Source: Eledone cirrhosa
Taxonomy: Eukaryota
NCBI GenBank assembly: GCA_964016885.1
Contig: OZ024740.1
Span: 250,232,001 to 250,296,000, forward strand
Direction of reading: 5' to 3'
DNA: 64,000 nucleotides
Made by a program: the position numbers and the translations under genes. Positions 42,918 through 56,948 of the stretch are shown in pieces. The notes beneath the pieces are model-generated. The model was not told where the DNA came from. It did no database searches and was given only the letters and a program-made list of their open reading frames with translations. How positions within the stretch are numbered: position 1 is the first letter of the stretch; each line of letters starts with the position of its first letter.

Positions 42918-42922
<5 letters not shown>
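42700..42922 (+). mobile_element. tRNA-derived SINE, full length, (ATT)n tail
   Basis: family match. Confidence 0.92.
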
Positions 42923-42996
<74 letters not shown>

Positions 42997-42999
<3 letters not shown>

Positions 43000-44856
43000 A
43001 TTCTCCAGAGCCTGGTTACAGAACTCCAGGATGATATCATCAAAATCACACCTCTTCATCACCTCTGATGCCACTCCATCTTCTCCATGAGCCTTGCCCT
43101 CCTTGATCTTCTTCTTGGCTCTCTGAAGCTTCTCTCTGGTGAAGGGCTCTGTCTCAATATCCAGTTCTTCAAATAGCCACCTGATCTCCCCAGTGTTCTG
43201 GGCTGTGGAGGGTAGTTCTCCTAGTAGGGTCCTAAAATGGTCTAACCATTTCCCCTTCCTATCCGCGGGACCTGTTCCCTGGATCTGACTCGAACACCTT
43301 CTCTTCCTCCCTGTGACCTCTTTGATGATCATCCAGCTCTCCTTACATCCAGATCTGTCAACCGCTCTCTCCACACTTCTGATCTTCTCTATCAGTGCCT
43401 CCTCTCTGGCCTCAGTGTAAGCGGTACAGATTTCTTTCCTAATCACCTCCACATTCTCCTTCCTCTCCTCCGTAGGATCAGCATAGAATTGGTCCTTGGC
43501 AGCTTTCAGGTGTTCTCTGGCTGCACACACTTTTAGGTCTGCAGAGCTGACGTGCTTCTCTTTGTTCTTTCTCCTCGGCACCAGAGTCTCACTTGCTTCC
43601 ACCACTGCAGGGTGATCTCAACGGCATGATTCTTAACAGGATCTAGCCCGAGATGGAGAAGAACCTCAGGGACAACCAGAACGGCTTCAGATCAACCACC
43701 AGTCTCATCCTGATGCTGAAGAGGATATTAGAGGGAGCTGGAGCAAAGTGCCTTCCTGCGGTCATGGTTTTCATTGACTTTAGGAAGGCCTTTGATTCTG
43801 TGGACCGTCACTGTCTGATGAAGATCTTACAGGCTTATGGAATCCCCAAGAAGATAGTGGACCTGATATCCCTGCTCTACACCAACACCAAAGCCCAAGT
43901 CATTACACCTGATGGGATGAGTGTTCTTTGAGATACTGGCTGGAGTGCTCCAGGGAAATACAATGGCTCCCTACCTTTTTATCATCGTAGTGGACTATTG
44001 TATGCGCCTTGCACTGGAGAAACACCAGGACTCTGGCTTTACTGTAACACCGGCTCAGAGCAGGAGAGTTAAGGCGTAAAAGATATTGGATGATGAATTT
44101 GCCGACGACATAGTTTTGGTGACAAATATAGTGAAGGAGACAGAGGATTTGATGCAGGAAGTTGAGACTGTGTTGATGAGTGTGGGGCTGAGAATGAATG
44201 AGACTAAGACAAAATGTCTGGTAGAGAATGTTGAGAAGCCATAGGGGATTACTAATGTAGGCGGGAAGCCGCTGGAATTAGTTGAGGACTTCCTGTATTT
44301 GGGAGCAAAGATCGGGAATACGAAAGATGGTGTGGTTGAGAGGAAGAGCAAAGACTGGGCGGCGTGCCACAGTTTGAGATCGGTGTGGAAGTTGGACCTT
44401 CGTGAAGACCTGAAGATCCGCCTCTTCATTGCTGTAGTGGAGTCTGTGCTGCTGTACGGGTCTGAGACTTGCACACTGACCAAGAAACTCACTCAGATGG
44501 TGGATGGGTGCTACACGAGAATGCTGAGGATGGCTCTGAACATTAATCAGTATACACTGAGGATGAAAAACTCAGAGCTGTATGGGAACCTCCCAAAAGT
44601 CAGCTCAAAAGTGACACAGAGGAGACTGAGGTTAGCTGGACATGCTGACCGACATCCAGAGTTGACACTGCACTCAGTGCTCCTGTGGGAGCCCCTGCAT
44701 GGACACACTGGAAGAGGAAGACCAAGGTTAACGTATGTTGATGCCCTAAGGACAGACACTGGTCTGTTGGAGGCGCAGGACATGGCAGCGATAATGAGGG
44801 ACAGAGACTGCTGGAGAGAACTCGTCCATGGATCTCGGGAATTTTACCCGCCCTAG
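42997..44856 (+). mobile_element. RTE-related LINE with inverted 5' segment, inserted in (TA)n
   Basis: 42997-43608 minus (..GKAHGEDGV..NQALENG); 43608-44856 plus (NQNGFR, FIDFRKAFDSV, EFADD, LLYGSET, GRGRPR). Confidence 0.88.
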
Positions 44857-44929
44857 ATATAAATATATATAGGGCGGTGCCCCAGCATGGCCTCAGCCAG
44901 ATGGCTGGAACAGGTAAAAGAGTAAAAGA

Positions 44930-45361
<432 letters not shown>

Positions 45362-45389
45362 TTATATATATACTTATTATATATATATA

Positions 45390-46177
45390 CTAGCAGAATG
45401 ACCCGGCGTTGCTCGGGATTTGCTATAGGGTTCTTATATATTTGATATATATTTATCCTTATCGAACCTCGTGAAATAAATACGTTTGTTTATATTTTGT
45501 TATTGTGTATGCAAAAATATCTGTCCATAAATATATAATTATATATATATATATATATATATTAAAATAACAGACTAAAGTTTAAGCAAAGAATCACTGC
45601 TTTCACCCTTAACGGGATATTCTACCTAAAAGCAGTATGAAGTACATACACTAAGACTAATTGATGTAATCTTTGGCCTTGTTTGTTTATATTTTGTTTT
45701 TGTGTGTGCAAACATATCTGTACACGAATATCTATATTAAAATAACATATTAATGTTTAAGCAAACAATCGCTGCTTTCAACCTTAACGGGATCTTCTTA
45801 AACTAAAAAAATCAATCTGGAAAACAGGAAGACGATACTTTGGTTCGTGAAGACGTTCCCTGGCATAAGAGTATATACACACACTGATCGCGTCATAATG
45901 ACGTAATGCAGACAGTCAGGCATACAGACAGATATTATGAAGGCGCGACTTCATATCTATGTATCTATCTAAAAAGAGAAAGACTAAGAGAAAGAGAAAG
46001 AGATCGCTAAATCGCCTAATGCGGTCCCTAGGGCATTGAAAATTTGAAATCTTTTTTGCTCAAAACACTTCCGGGGTCATACAAGTTACATGTATAAAGT
46101 TTGTAAAAAACCGGTTGGGTACTTCTCGAGTTTTAGGGAAACAGACACACAGACATCCTCTGTTTTATATATATAGA
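45390..46177 (-). mobile_element. Non-autonomous Helitron
   Basis: minus strand A|TCtatatatataaaa start, cccgagcaacgccggg hairpin, CTAG|T end; termini match 20283-20638. Confidence 0.85.
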
Positions 46178-46350
46178 TATCGGTAGAGGGTCGGACGCCA
46201 TGCTTTCCAGCATAGTTACGTCCCTTTACGATCTGAGTTCAAATCCCGCCGAGGTTGACTTTGCCTTTCATCCTTACGGGGTCGATAAAATAAAGTACCA
46301 GTAATGCACTGGGTAATTGCTGGCCTTGTACCTAAAGTAGAAACAATTAT
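46178..46350 (+). mobile_element. tRNA-derived SINE
   Basis: family match. Confidence 0.9.
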
Positions 46351-46379
46351 ATATATATATAAGTTGACGGAATTAGCAT

Positions 46380-46431
<52 letters not shown>

Positions 46432-46489
46432 GTGTATATAAATATATAGGAGAGGATATATGTATCGTAGGAGAGGAGGAGAGACTTTT

Positions 46490-47320
46490 TGACTGCACTG
46501 CATAGTACTACAACATAGCGCTGTCCGAGTCAGGATATAGTAATAAAATTTCCTACACCCATGATGCTAAATCCACCAAATTCCCCTAGCATAATAACAC
46601 AGCGAACTAAAAATCACGGGGACAGCACATATAGCAATAATAATAATTGTTTCTACTTTTGGCACAAGGCCAGCAATTACCCAGTACATTACTGGTACTT
46701 TATTTATCGACCTCGTAAGGATGAAAGGCAAAGTTAACCTTGGCGGGATTTGAACTCAGATCGTAAAGGGACGTAACTATATAGCAATAATAATAATGGT
46801 AATAGACAAGACAAAACGACCAGTCCAAAACAATATCACCATAATAATAGGATAGATAGACCCCGGCACCCATACCAGTCTTACTCTGATAATAGTATTA
46901 GAACAACTATACTAAGCAAATTCCCTGCTTACAGGCACAACAATGGGGATGGACTGCTACCTACGCCTACCAATAAGCATAGAATAATGCCAGTGAACTT
47001 CCCTGGCAGTAAGATAACACATAAGACTAAAAGGAACAGAGTGTGCAAAAGGCAATGGTCTGGTAGCAGCAGTAATAACACCCATCATGGTAGCAACGAC
47101 CACACTGGCCCAAAAGAACCTCACAGAAGACGCTGCCATCATATTTCATGGTACCTTCCTCCATACTCCAAGAGTGTCGCTTCAAATATACCCAGAATCT
47201 TCTTCGGTATCTTAGAGAAAAACTTCCCACCAAACCATAGATAATATAAAATCCTCAACAAAAATAATGCTAAGATCTCATACTCTACAACCCCTAACCT
47301 AGCTGATCATATAGCACTGT
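46490..47320 (+). mobile_element. PLE fragment (Hydra-like), interrupted by a SINE
   Basis: YYNIALSESGYSNKISY; HISWYLPPYSKSVASNI..KNFPPNHR; KISYSTTPN. Confidence 0.8.
46648..46778 (-). mobile_element. 5'-truncated SINE with 19-bp TSD atatagcaataataataat
   Basis: TSD at 46629-46647 and 46779-46797. Confidence 0.9.
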
Positions 47321-47399
47321 AACATTGGAAGCCCTATAATCATAATTATATTAATATTTATAGTTACAATAGCAGTAATAATAATCATCATAACTGTTA

Positions 47400-47592
47400 T
47401 AATAATAATAATAATTGTTTCTACTTTGGGCCAGCAATTACCCAGTACATTACTGGTACTTCATTTTATCGACCCCGTAAGGATGAAAGGCAAAGTTAAC
47501 CTCGGCAGGATTTGAACTCAGATCATAAAGGGCCGTAACTCTATGCTGCAAAGCATGGCGTCCGACCCTCTACCAATACTGCCAACCAACCG
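47400..47592 (-). mobile_element. tRNA-derived SINE fused to Tx1 3' UTR
   Basis: family match; junction through shared gggcggt. Confidence 0.88.
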
Positions 47593-50500
47593 CCCTGACC
47601 ATCAGGGCAAGCACCCTCTCTCAATTTTTTTTCCCATTCCTCAAACTACAGGCGTATATTCAGAGTGTTCACTCGGACTATTCTCGCTACATTCACCACC
47701 TTTCAACAAACTTGCTAGAAGGCACCACTTGCCACTCCACCTTGATTTTCCTCTTCAAGTGAAACTTGAAAAAGTTAATCAGGGATTCGCCGAAGAGGAA
47801 AGTGTCTGTCTTTAACCCTTCCAACCTTGTCCACCACACAATCTCTTTCGCCATGGCCACCAGGCAGATGAAAACCGCCTGCACTTCCTCCTCGAAGGAA
47901 GACGGAAAAACCATCTGCACAATGGACTCAGTCGATAACCGGATCAGTCCTACACGCGACAGCAACTGTTCGACATAGCTCCATAAGTCAGCAATCCTCG
48001 GGCACTGAACGAGTGCGTGTACAACAGTTTCGTCGCCCTGCGCGCATCTCTGACAGGCTCGGCTGACGGCACTTCCGTGCCTGTAGAGGGTATCTCAAAC
48101 CGGCAACGCTCCCCGGTAGCACTGCCACTCAGGGATTTCTGGAAGTTATACATAGGCCCTGGGCTGAAAGTTCTCCGAAAGAGAGCAAACAGCTGATTTT
48201 CTTTGACGCCCAGGATCTCTTCGAGAAGGTCGTCGCTCTTCCCCTCCACTAGTCCTCTATAGAACGCCGAGGTGGATGTTCCACCGATACTGGTGCCCAA
48301 CTGACAACAGAGGGCAGTGAGCGCCTGGAGACATTCCAGTTTCCAAGCGCTATCACTCGGTCTTTTCCTGACCCAGGACTGCAGCTCCATCAAGGAGATG
48401 AGCCGTTGGAAAACGTGCTTGGCGAACGGCGACACACCTGTTCACTGTCAAGGAAGCACCAGAGATGTCGCAGCTTCAGCGCATGTTTGCGCATCATCAG
48501 CCATGGCATGGCCAGTCCTCCACGCAAAGGGTGTTGACAGCAGATGGATCATCTGAACATGGGAGCGCGTCCCTTCCACAAAAAAAGCGGAAGAGGAAGC
48601 GATCCATTTTGGTGAGAGTTGGGCCGGGGCAAGGGACGACGGTGAAACGGTAGCAGATGACGGATGCGATGTACGCATTCGCCACCTCCGCCCGGCCTTT
48701 GGGTGACAGCTTCCTCTCGGCCCATTTCTGGGTGAGGGAGGCCACCCTGCTCATCACCTCGCTCCAGTTTTTCTCCATCTGGAGGTCCGGTCTGAACCAG
48801 ACCCCGAGCAATTTAACCGGTCTGTCCGTCCAACGCCCCACGACGCTGTCGGATGGCATGGACTTGCCTCTCTAGGTGCCGAGCTGCAAGCCCACCGACT
48901 TTTCCTGGTTTATCTTTGCTCCTGTCACTGCTTTGCATTCCTTGAGAGCGGTGCCGAGAATCTGGATGTGTCTGGTGATCGACACCACCACGGTGACGTC
49001 GTCGGCGTAAGCCGACTCGGATTTCCCGCATATTAGTTCGCGTGGACGCCCCTCATCGCCCCCAGTTTGTGCAGTAATGGCTCGAGAGCCAATACGTACA
49101 AGAGGAATGAGAGGGGACAACCCTGGCGGACCGAGCGCATGATGCTGAACGGCTGCGACAGGTGACCGTTCACCACACAACTGAGCAGATGTTGCTGTAC
49201 ATCGCAGCGATCCAACCCCTGAAAACGGGCCCGAAATCGGCTGCCTCGAGGACCGCCGCCAGGTACCGATGGTCGACCCTATCGAATACTTTGAATTGAT
49301 CCAAGTTGATCAGCGCCCCATCCGTGCCAGGTTTCTTAAGCACCCTCACTACAATGTATCGCATGAGGTGGAGGTTGTTGTGTATGGATCTGTCCGGAAT
49401 GGTGTATGCCTGCGCCTCTCCCACCAGACCCTCGACGACAAGCGCCAACCTCGTTGCTAACACCTTGGCCAAAATCTTGAACTCTGCGTATAGCAGAGTT
49501 ATGTGCCTGAAGTTATCGATAACATCCCTCTTGTTCGGGGCTTTTCTCAGCAGCGCTACCGCTTCCTGGCTCACAAAACTGGGAATGCTCCCGTTCTGCT
49601 GCCAGTTGCAGTAGACGTCTGCCAAGAGGTCACCGAACAAGTCTGGCATAAATGCATAAAGCTCGTAGGGCAGACCATCCAAACCTGGCGATTTACCCCT
49701 CGTGCAGTTAGCCATCGCTTCCCGTATTTCACCGGCTATTATTGGCTTTTCGCAACACTGTGCTGCGGTCGTCGAGAGCCGAGGCAGTCCGTCGAGGTAT
49801 GCACTGAAGTCCATGCCCCGATCCTGGCCGCCGCCGCTCCCGAACAGTTCAGTAAAGTGCTGTTGAAAAGCTTCACACATTTGCTCGGGTTCGAGCAACA
49901 CGCACCCGTTTTCGTCACACAAAGACCGAATTGTGGCTTTGTTGCCACGTCGCGCCTCTGCCACCCGGGCTCATTGGACGGCTTTCTTGTTTTGCGTTGA
50001 AGAATTGGTCGAGGGCCAATCTCGCCGCAAGCATGTCGGTTGCGATGCCTGTCATAAACGCCTCTTCTAGCTTTCTGACTAGCTCTCCCTCTACTCTATT
50101 TTCCTCTATCGCTACTCCTTTGCTAAATCAAATCGACTCTACTTTAATTGCCCTTTTCAGGGCAAACCACCACCTTTTGTTGACAACTGCTTCCATCAAC
50201 GTCCGCTTAACTAATACGCTAATCCAGTCTCTGTAGGCTTTGTGCGCTGGGAAAGACGCGTTCAGCTTCCAGTAACCAGGTCCTTGTCTATGAAGTCTGC
50301 CTATGTCGATCTCACAGATCACAAACTTGTGGTCTGTGTAGTCGACTATTTTAAATTGTGGACAACCTATACTAGCCTTATCTAGTTCCCTGCAGAATAC
50401 CCTATCTAGATACGATCTGGATGACCCGATGCGGTTTGTCCATGTCCACATTGGCACATTCGGGTGATCCAGTCGATACCTGTCAGACAGTTCAAAACGT

Positions 50501-51070
50501 CTGAGCAGGTTGGTGAGGCTCTTGCACCCTCCTCGCCTATCCACTAGCCCCACACAATCCCAGCGTGCATCCAAGATACCGTTCCAGCTGCCCACTAACA
50601 CTAAAGAGCGGAACGTTCCCAGAAAAGTCTCTAGACGTCTGAAGAAATCTTGCCATCCTGTCCCTGTCGGGGCATAGACGGCTACTAGCCTGAAAGCGTT
50701 GCCTTCGGTGCCATTCACGTCCAGCACTACCTACTTACCTTCTGGGTCCAGGAAGATGGTCCGTATGGCGAGACCCAAGACTTTCCGAAACAACATAGCC
50801 ACTCGGCCCCCCGCTCCTGGACAACTCGGAGATGCGTACACCTCGTAACCGTCGGAGATCGGTGCGACAGCTTGCGTTTCGGAGATTCTCGTCTCGCTGA
50901 TGGCCACCACATCTATGTTTAGCGACCTGAGGTCGTTAATCAAGTGACCTGCTTCCAAACCGAGTTCAAGCCACGTACGTTTACACTTCCAATCCTGAAT
51001 ACGGCCATGTTGGGTGAGGAACGGGGCAAGTGAGAAAGGATCACTTACCTTGATCGTCTGGTGAAGGGAA
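47590..51070 (-). mobile_element. Tx1 LINE covering nearly all of ORF2, degraded
   Basis: ORF2 ATG at 51008; APE (VAVYAP, SYLDRV), SPGLDGLP, RQGCPLS, SAYADD. Confidence 0.92.
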
Positions 51071-51209
51071 CGTTCCTTTGTAAGTGTTGAACAAACGAGG
51101 AACGATGGTTGCTGGACACTACGGCTTAATACGGGATGTTTGTTTACAAACACACCGAGCATTATAATAAATGTTCGGTGAATCCATACGTACATATATA
51201 TATGTGTGC

Positions 51210-51282
<73 letters not shown>

Positions 51283-51809
51283 CTACTGTACGTCTGTATA
51301 CATATATGTATGTACGTATACATACTTATATTTAAGTAACAGCCGTACTAAGAATGAGAAATGAAATTTCGTTTCATTTTTTCCGTTTATCGTTTTCGGA
51401 ACCCCGGCCGATAAACTCACTCGATATGCAAATTAGGCTGCTCAGTCGTTCATATGCATAAGGAAAGTATATACTTTCAGACGTTCAACCATCTGGCAGG
51501 AAGGTATACGTTGCTGACGATAGCTAATAAGCTTGAAACTAGTACAGCGTTCCTTTGTCAGTGTTGAACAAATGAGCAACGATGGTTGCTAGACACTGTA
51601 CGGCTTAATTCGGGATGTTTGTTTACAAACACACCGAGCATTATAATAAATGTTCGGTGAATCAATACGTACATATATATGTGTGCATATATATATATAA
51701 ATACTACTGTACGTCTGTATACATATATGTATGTACGTATACATACTTATATTTAAGTAACAGCCGTACTAAGAGTGAGAAATGAAATTTCGTTTCATTT
51801 TTTCCGTTT
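51071..51809 (+). mobile_element. Non-coding 1.5-unit element (unit 477 nt) with hammerhead, retrozyme/pLTR-like
   Basis: 51071-51389 repeated at 51548-51809; HHR at the unit junction. Confidence 0.8.
51508..51550 (+). ncRNA. Minimal type I hammerhead ribozyme
   Basis: acgttg CTGACGA t agct aata agct t GAAA ctag TA cagcgt. Confidence 0.85.
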
Positions 51810-51843
51810 ATATATATATATATATATAGTTTTAATATAGATG

Positions 51844-51894
51844 AGATTCTACAGGACTAGAACTGTTTCATTCTTTAGAAATCCTCAGGAATCT
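51844..51894 (-). ncRNA. Type I hammerhead ribozyme with full helix III
   Basis: minus strand: agattc CTGAGGA t ttct aa agaa t GAAA cag ttctagtc ctg TA gaatct. Confidence 0.85.
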
Positions 51895-52479
51895 GGGTAT
51901 CAAAAAATAATTAATTATGGTATATATAGGTCTCTACAAGTGGTAGGAGAGGGTGGGCAGTGGGATGGGTGTAGGTCATTGGTTGATAGAATTCATTAAA
52001 AGCTAATTCTACAAAGCTATAGTTTATTTTTATTTTTAGAGTAACACAGGCAGAAAGAATTCTATAAACAGGTTCAGGATGGCATGCCAATCCTTATTAT
52101 TAAGTTTCTCTTAAGCTAACAGGTGTCTATAAAATCAGTGGGGGTCAGTCATGGTAGATAGATTTAAAGGAAAGGGAGATTCTTTAAAAGCTAAATTCTT
52201 TACTAAGTGACAAAGGTTTAGAGAATTCTGTAGACAAATTCAAAATATTGAGTGCATATCTTACAATTGTCCTCAAATTTCTCTTAAACTATTCAACTAT
52301 ATGCCAAAATCAACAGACACATTCACAAAAGACACTCACTCACACACTCGCGCGCACCCATAGACACACCCACATACACATATACACATATATATATAAA
52401 CACACACACACACATATAAATATATATATACATATATATACAAATTATATATACACATATATATATACACATTGAGATC

Positions 52480-53208
52480 AAGGTATATTGATCTCAAGTT
52501 TTTTAACTAAACATGTAGTCATTATTGAACAATGTTTAATTTCTCATATTATATATTTATGTCCCATTCATGAATATTAATATTTATATTTTTATTATTC
52601 ATTTCATATAAATTGTTAACTCAACTTAATATGACATGACGTAAAATTTTCATTATTTCCCCCTCTCTCTATATATAATATTTCTCTCTCTTGAGTTTTC
52701 CTATCTGTCTGATAACTTAATATCTCTCTGTTGCTTTCCTCTGTTTTTCTTATTTCTTCTTTTTTTTTTCTTTCTTTCCTCCTGTCTTTATTTATCTCTT
52801 TCTTTTTTTCTCCATGCATCTCTCTCTCTCAGATACTTCTCCACGTTTTTTTCTCTCTCTCTCTCCGTTCTTTCTCTCGGTCTTTTTCTAATTGTCCTTA
52901 ACACTATGACTTATTGAAATAATATAAACAACTCACTATCCGGATGGCTTCCAAAAATAATGGTTGCATTTTAATAGGGTACGTCAAAGCTTATTTGTAA
53001 AACTGTTATATATTGTATTTTGTCTGATGAAGGCATACCATCATTTAATTTGGTATCCCTGAAATATGTTTAATGAAATAAATATGGTTTTATAAATATA
53101 GTTTCCATTTATTAATATCGTATATCTACTCCAAATATTTGTCGAGTGCTTTATATCAGTTATAAAAATATTTACTTGTTGTATCCCAACCATTTTAAAT
53201 AGGACTTT

Positions 53209-53212
<4 letters not shown>
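52480..53212 (+). mobile_element. Solo pLTR of the PLE family at 59890-64000
   Basis: 52486-52547 matches 63941-64000; 52940-53212 matches 60250-60513. Confidence 0.85.
53016..53080 (+). ncRNA. Type I hammerhead in pLTR
   Basis: tattttgt CTGATGA aggcatacca..tggtatccct GAAA tatgtt TA atgaaata. Confidence 0.75.
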
Positions 53213-53246
<34 letters not shown>

Positions 53247-53303
53247 CACACACACACATGTATATATATACATATACACACACATACACACATATATATG
53301 TAA

Positions 53304-53379
<76 letters not shown>

Positions 53380-53757
53380 CCATATATATATATATATACA
53401 CATATACACATATATACAAATATACACAGGCGCATACACATATATACATACACATACAATATAAATGTATATACACACATACATATACACACACACACAC
53501 CTATATATATATATATATATATTTGTGTGTATATATATATATGTGTGTATGTGTGTATGTATGTATGTGTGTGTGTATATATATATATATATATACGTGA
53601 ACTCGTGCGCCGATTTTTCGATACTCGATCTTTCTAATATATATATATATATATATTGAAATTTCCGTTGAAAACAGAAAAGGTCATAGAAGTGAAGAGT
53701 GCTATATGTAAGTATCAGAGCAAAATTTAATGTATAAAAATCAATACAATATAATTA

Positions 53758-53827
53758 CCTCATTACCAGAGGTTTCCCGAATGAGGCGAATACGAAAGAA
53801 GCGTCTTCATTCGTTCGTCAGACGAGG
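53758..53827 (-). ncRNA. Type I hammerhead in inverted pLTR
   Basis: reverse complement of 56879-56948. Confidence 0.8.
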
Positions 53828-56083
53828 CAATATAAAACATGGGTAAATACTTGGAAAGTCTCGTCAAGAAAATCAAAAAAAAGATATAGACAAATGAATT
53901 AGAATATGAAATATATAATAATCTTTCAAGAAATATAGTTAGGTGTGTGTATATGTATGTATATACGCTCACAGATGTGCATATATGTGTATGCACATAT
54001 GTATACGTATAGTGAAAAAGTGTGCGTAAATATAAAATTTAGGGCAAATGTATCTGTATGTCTGTAATCTACAGACAGAATAGATACATCATAAGAATAT
54101 GAATATGAAGGCGCGCGCATAAACACACCTACACACACGTACACTTAGATGCGGAAGTAAAAGAGGTAAGGGAGTGTAATAATTAAAGGAAAGTATCAAT
54201 CTCGATATATTTATAAAAATGGAACAATAATTTAGAAAGAAAAAATTTAGAAAGAAAAAAAAAAAAAATTAAAGAAAAGAAGACAAAAAAGGGTACATAC
54301 ATACACAGACACGCATATCTCACAAAAGAAACGCAAATATATACATGCTTATATACACACGCACACTTACACATCCATACGTTCGATACGTACACACACA
54401 CACACACACACACATACTTACGCTCACGCATATTGACCTGTTTGCATGCACACGCATAAAAATGAGTAAGTAAAAAAAGGGGGGGGGGGAAGAAAAAAGG
54501 AACAAAACATAAAACCTAGATGTCAAAACACGGATATAAAGACACATACACGTACGCATACACATATACATACACACACATATATATATGGATCGTTGTT
54601 GCTAATGGTTGTCACTTTAGCCGCATATACAATGGCTTTGGTGTTGCATTTACCTTGAAATGGGCATTCACTAATCTTAAAATTACTATTGACACTAACC
54701 TTTCCAACGTAGATTTCCTAGATATAAACCTAGATTTGCCTACTGCTTCTTATAAACCATACCATAAACCTAATGAAAACTTAAAATATATAAATAAAGG
54801 ATCTTGCCATCCACCTATAGTTTTTAAAAACCTTATCCCTAATATTAGCCGTAGGATCTCCACCCTCTTTTCCTCAGAAGCTATTTTTAATAAGGCATCC
54901 CCCTACTATAATAAAGCCCTCCAAAATAGCGGTTTTAGCGAACCGATTAAATACATACCCAACTCTACTAACTCTATTAAACATAAAAACAGGAAAAGAA
55001 AAATAATCTGGTTCACACCCCCCTACTCTCTAGCAGTTAAAACTAATGTAGGCAAAAAATTCCTTGAGCTCCTAGATAAACATTTCCCTAGAACACATAG
55101 ATACTATAAGATCTTTAACAGAAACTGTGTCAAAATTAGCTATTCCTGCGGTCCCCTATTAAGTCCTATATCCTCAACAAAATATCACCTAGAGAAAATC
55201 AAACTTGCTCCTGTAGAATCAAAAGTGAATGCCCATTACAAGGTAAATGCAACACCAAAGCCATTGTATATGCGGCTAAAGTGACAACCATCAGCAACAA
55301 CCATCCAGCCACCAGTGAACGATATGTGGGTATGACGCAAGACAAATTCAAAACGCGTTATTACTCACATGTCGACATCCAGAAAAAAGATTTACAACAG
55401 CTCTGGCTAGCAGAATTTGGGATTTGAAAGACCAAGGCATCCAATATAAATTAGATTGGTCAATTTTGAACCAATCTAAAGAATATGCTAGAGGAACAAG
55501 AAAATGCACGCTCTGCATAAATGAAAAATATTGGATATTGCAAAATCTAAAATCACCAAAGACCTGCCTGAACACAAAGACGGAAATTTTCACCAGTTGC
55601 CCACACATGAAATCACACCTGCTTTCCAGCTCATATAAACTTAACACACTTTCAGATACTTATCCTCCATAAACTCTTATTATTCTCTTTTTAATTACCC
55701 TTTCTGACTTACTTTCATCTTTACCCTTGTCATTAATTTCATTTATTTTTATTTTTATTATTTTTTTATTTTTATTTTTATTTTTATTTTTACTTCACAT
55801 CCAAAATAGCCCCCCCCCCTTTATTCTCCGATTCACTTTCCATTTTTTACTTCCCCTTTTCCTTCACTAACTGATTACATATGTCATTTGTGTTTTCCAA
55901 TCCAGATATATTTTTCATTTTTATTTTTATTTTTTTATTTTTGCGCAGCCAATCTTACAATTTTATATTTGTACTTACTTATCCACAAGTTTTTTACACC
56001 CTGTATCAATATGGCTGAACGCCTTAATGTGTGTATACTTTCTATATATGTACATGAGCAACTACGTATGTGCGCGCGCGTGC

Positions 56084-56135
<52 letters not shown>

Positions 56136-56878
56136 ATGTATATGTGTATGCGTACGTGTATGTGTCTTTATATCCGTGTTTTGACATCTAGGTTTTATGT
56201 TTTGTTGTTTTTTTCTCCCGCCCCCTTTTTTTACTTACTCATTTTTATGCGTGTGCATGCAAACAGGTCAATATGCGTGAGTGTAAGTATGTGTGTGTGT
56301 GTGTGTGTGTACGTATCGAACGTATGGATGTGTAAGTGTGCGTGTGTATATAAGCATGTATATTTTTGCGTTTCTTTTGTGAGATATGCGTGTCTGTGTA
56401 TGTATGTACCCTTTTTTGTCTTCTTTTCTTTAATTTTTTTTTTATTTTTTTATTTCTAAATTTTTTCTTTCTAAATTATTGTTCCATTTTTATAAATATA
56501 TCGAGATTGATACTTTCCTTTAATTATTACACTCCCTTACCTCTTTTACTTCCGCATCTAAGTGTACGTGTGTGTAGGTGTGTTTATGCGCGCGCCTTCA
56601 TATTCATATTCTTATGATGTATCTATTCTGTCTGTAGATTACAGACATACAGATACATTTGCCCTAAATTTTATATTTACGCACACTTTTTCACTATACG
56701 TATACATATGTGCATACACATATATGCACATCTGTGAGCGTATATACATACATATACACACACCTAACTATATTTCTTGAAAGATTATTATATATTTCAT
56801 ATTCTAATTCATTTGTCTATATCTTCTTTTTGATTTTCTTGACGAGACTTTCCAAGTATTTACCCATGTTTTATATTG

Positions 56879-56948
56879 CCTCGTCTGACGAACGAATGAA
56901 GACGCTTCTTTCGTATTCGCCTCATTCGGGAAACCTCTGGTAATGAGG
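56879..56948 (+). ncRNA. Type I hammerhead in 3' pLTR
   Basis: cctcgt CTGACGA a cgaatga..tcattcg g GAAA cc tct gg TA atgagg. Confidence 0.82.
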
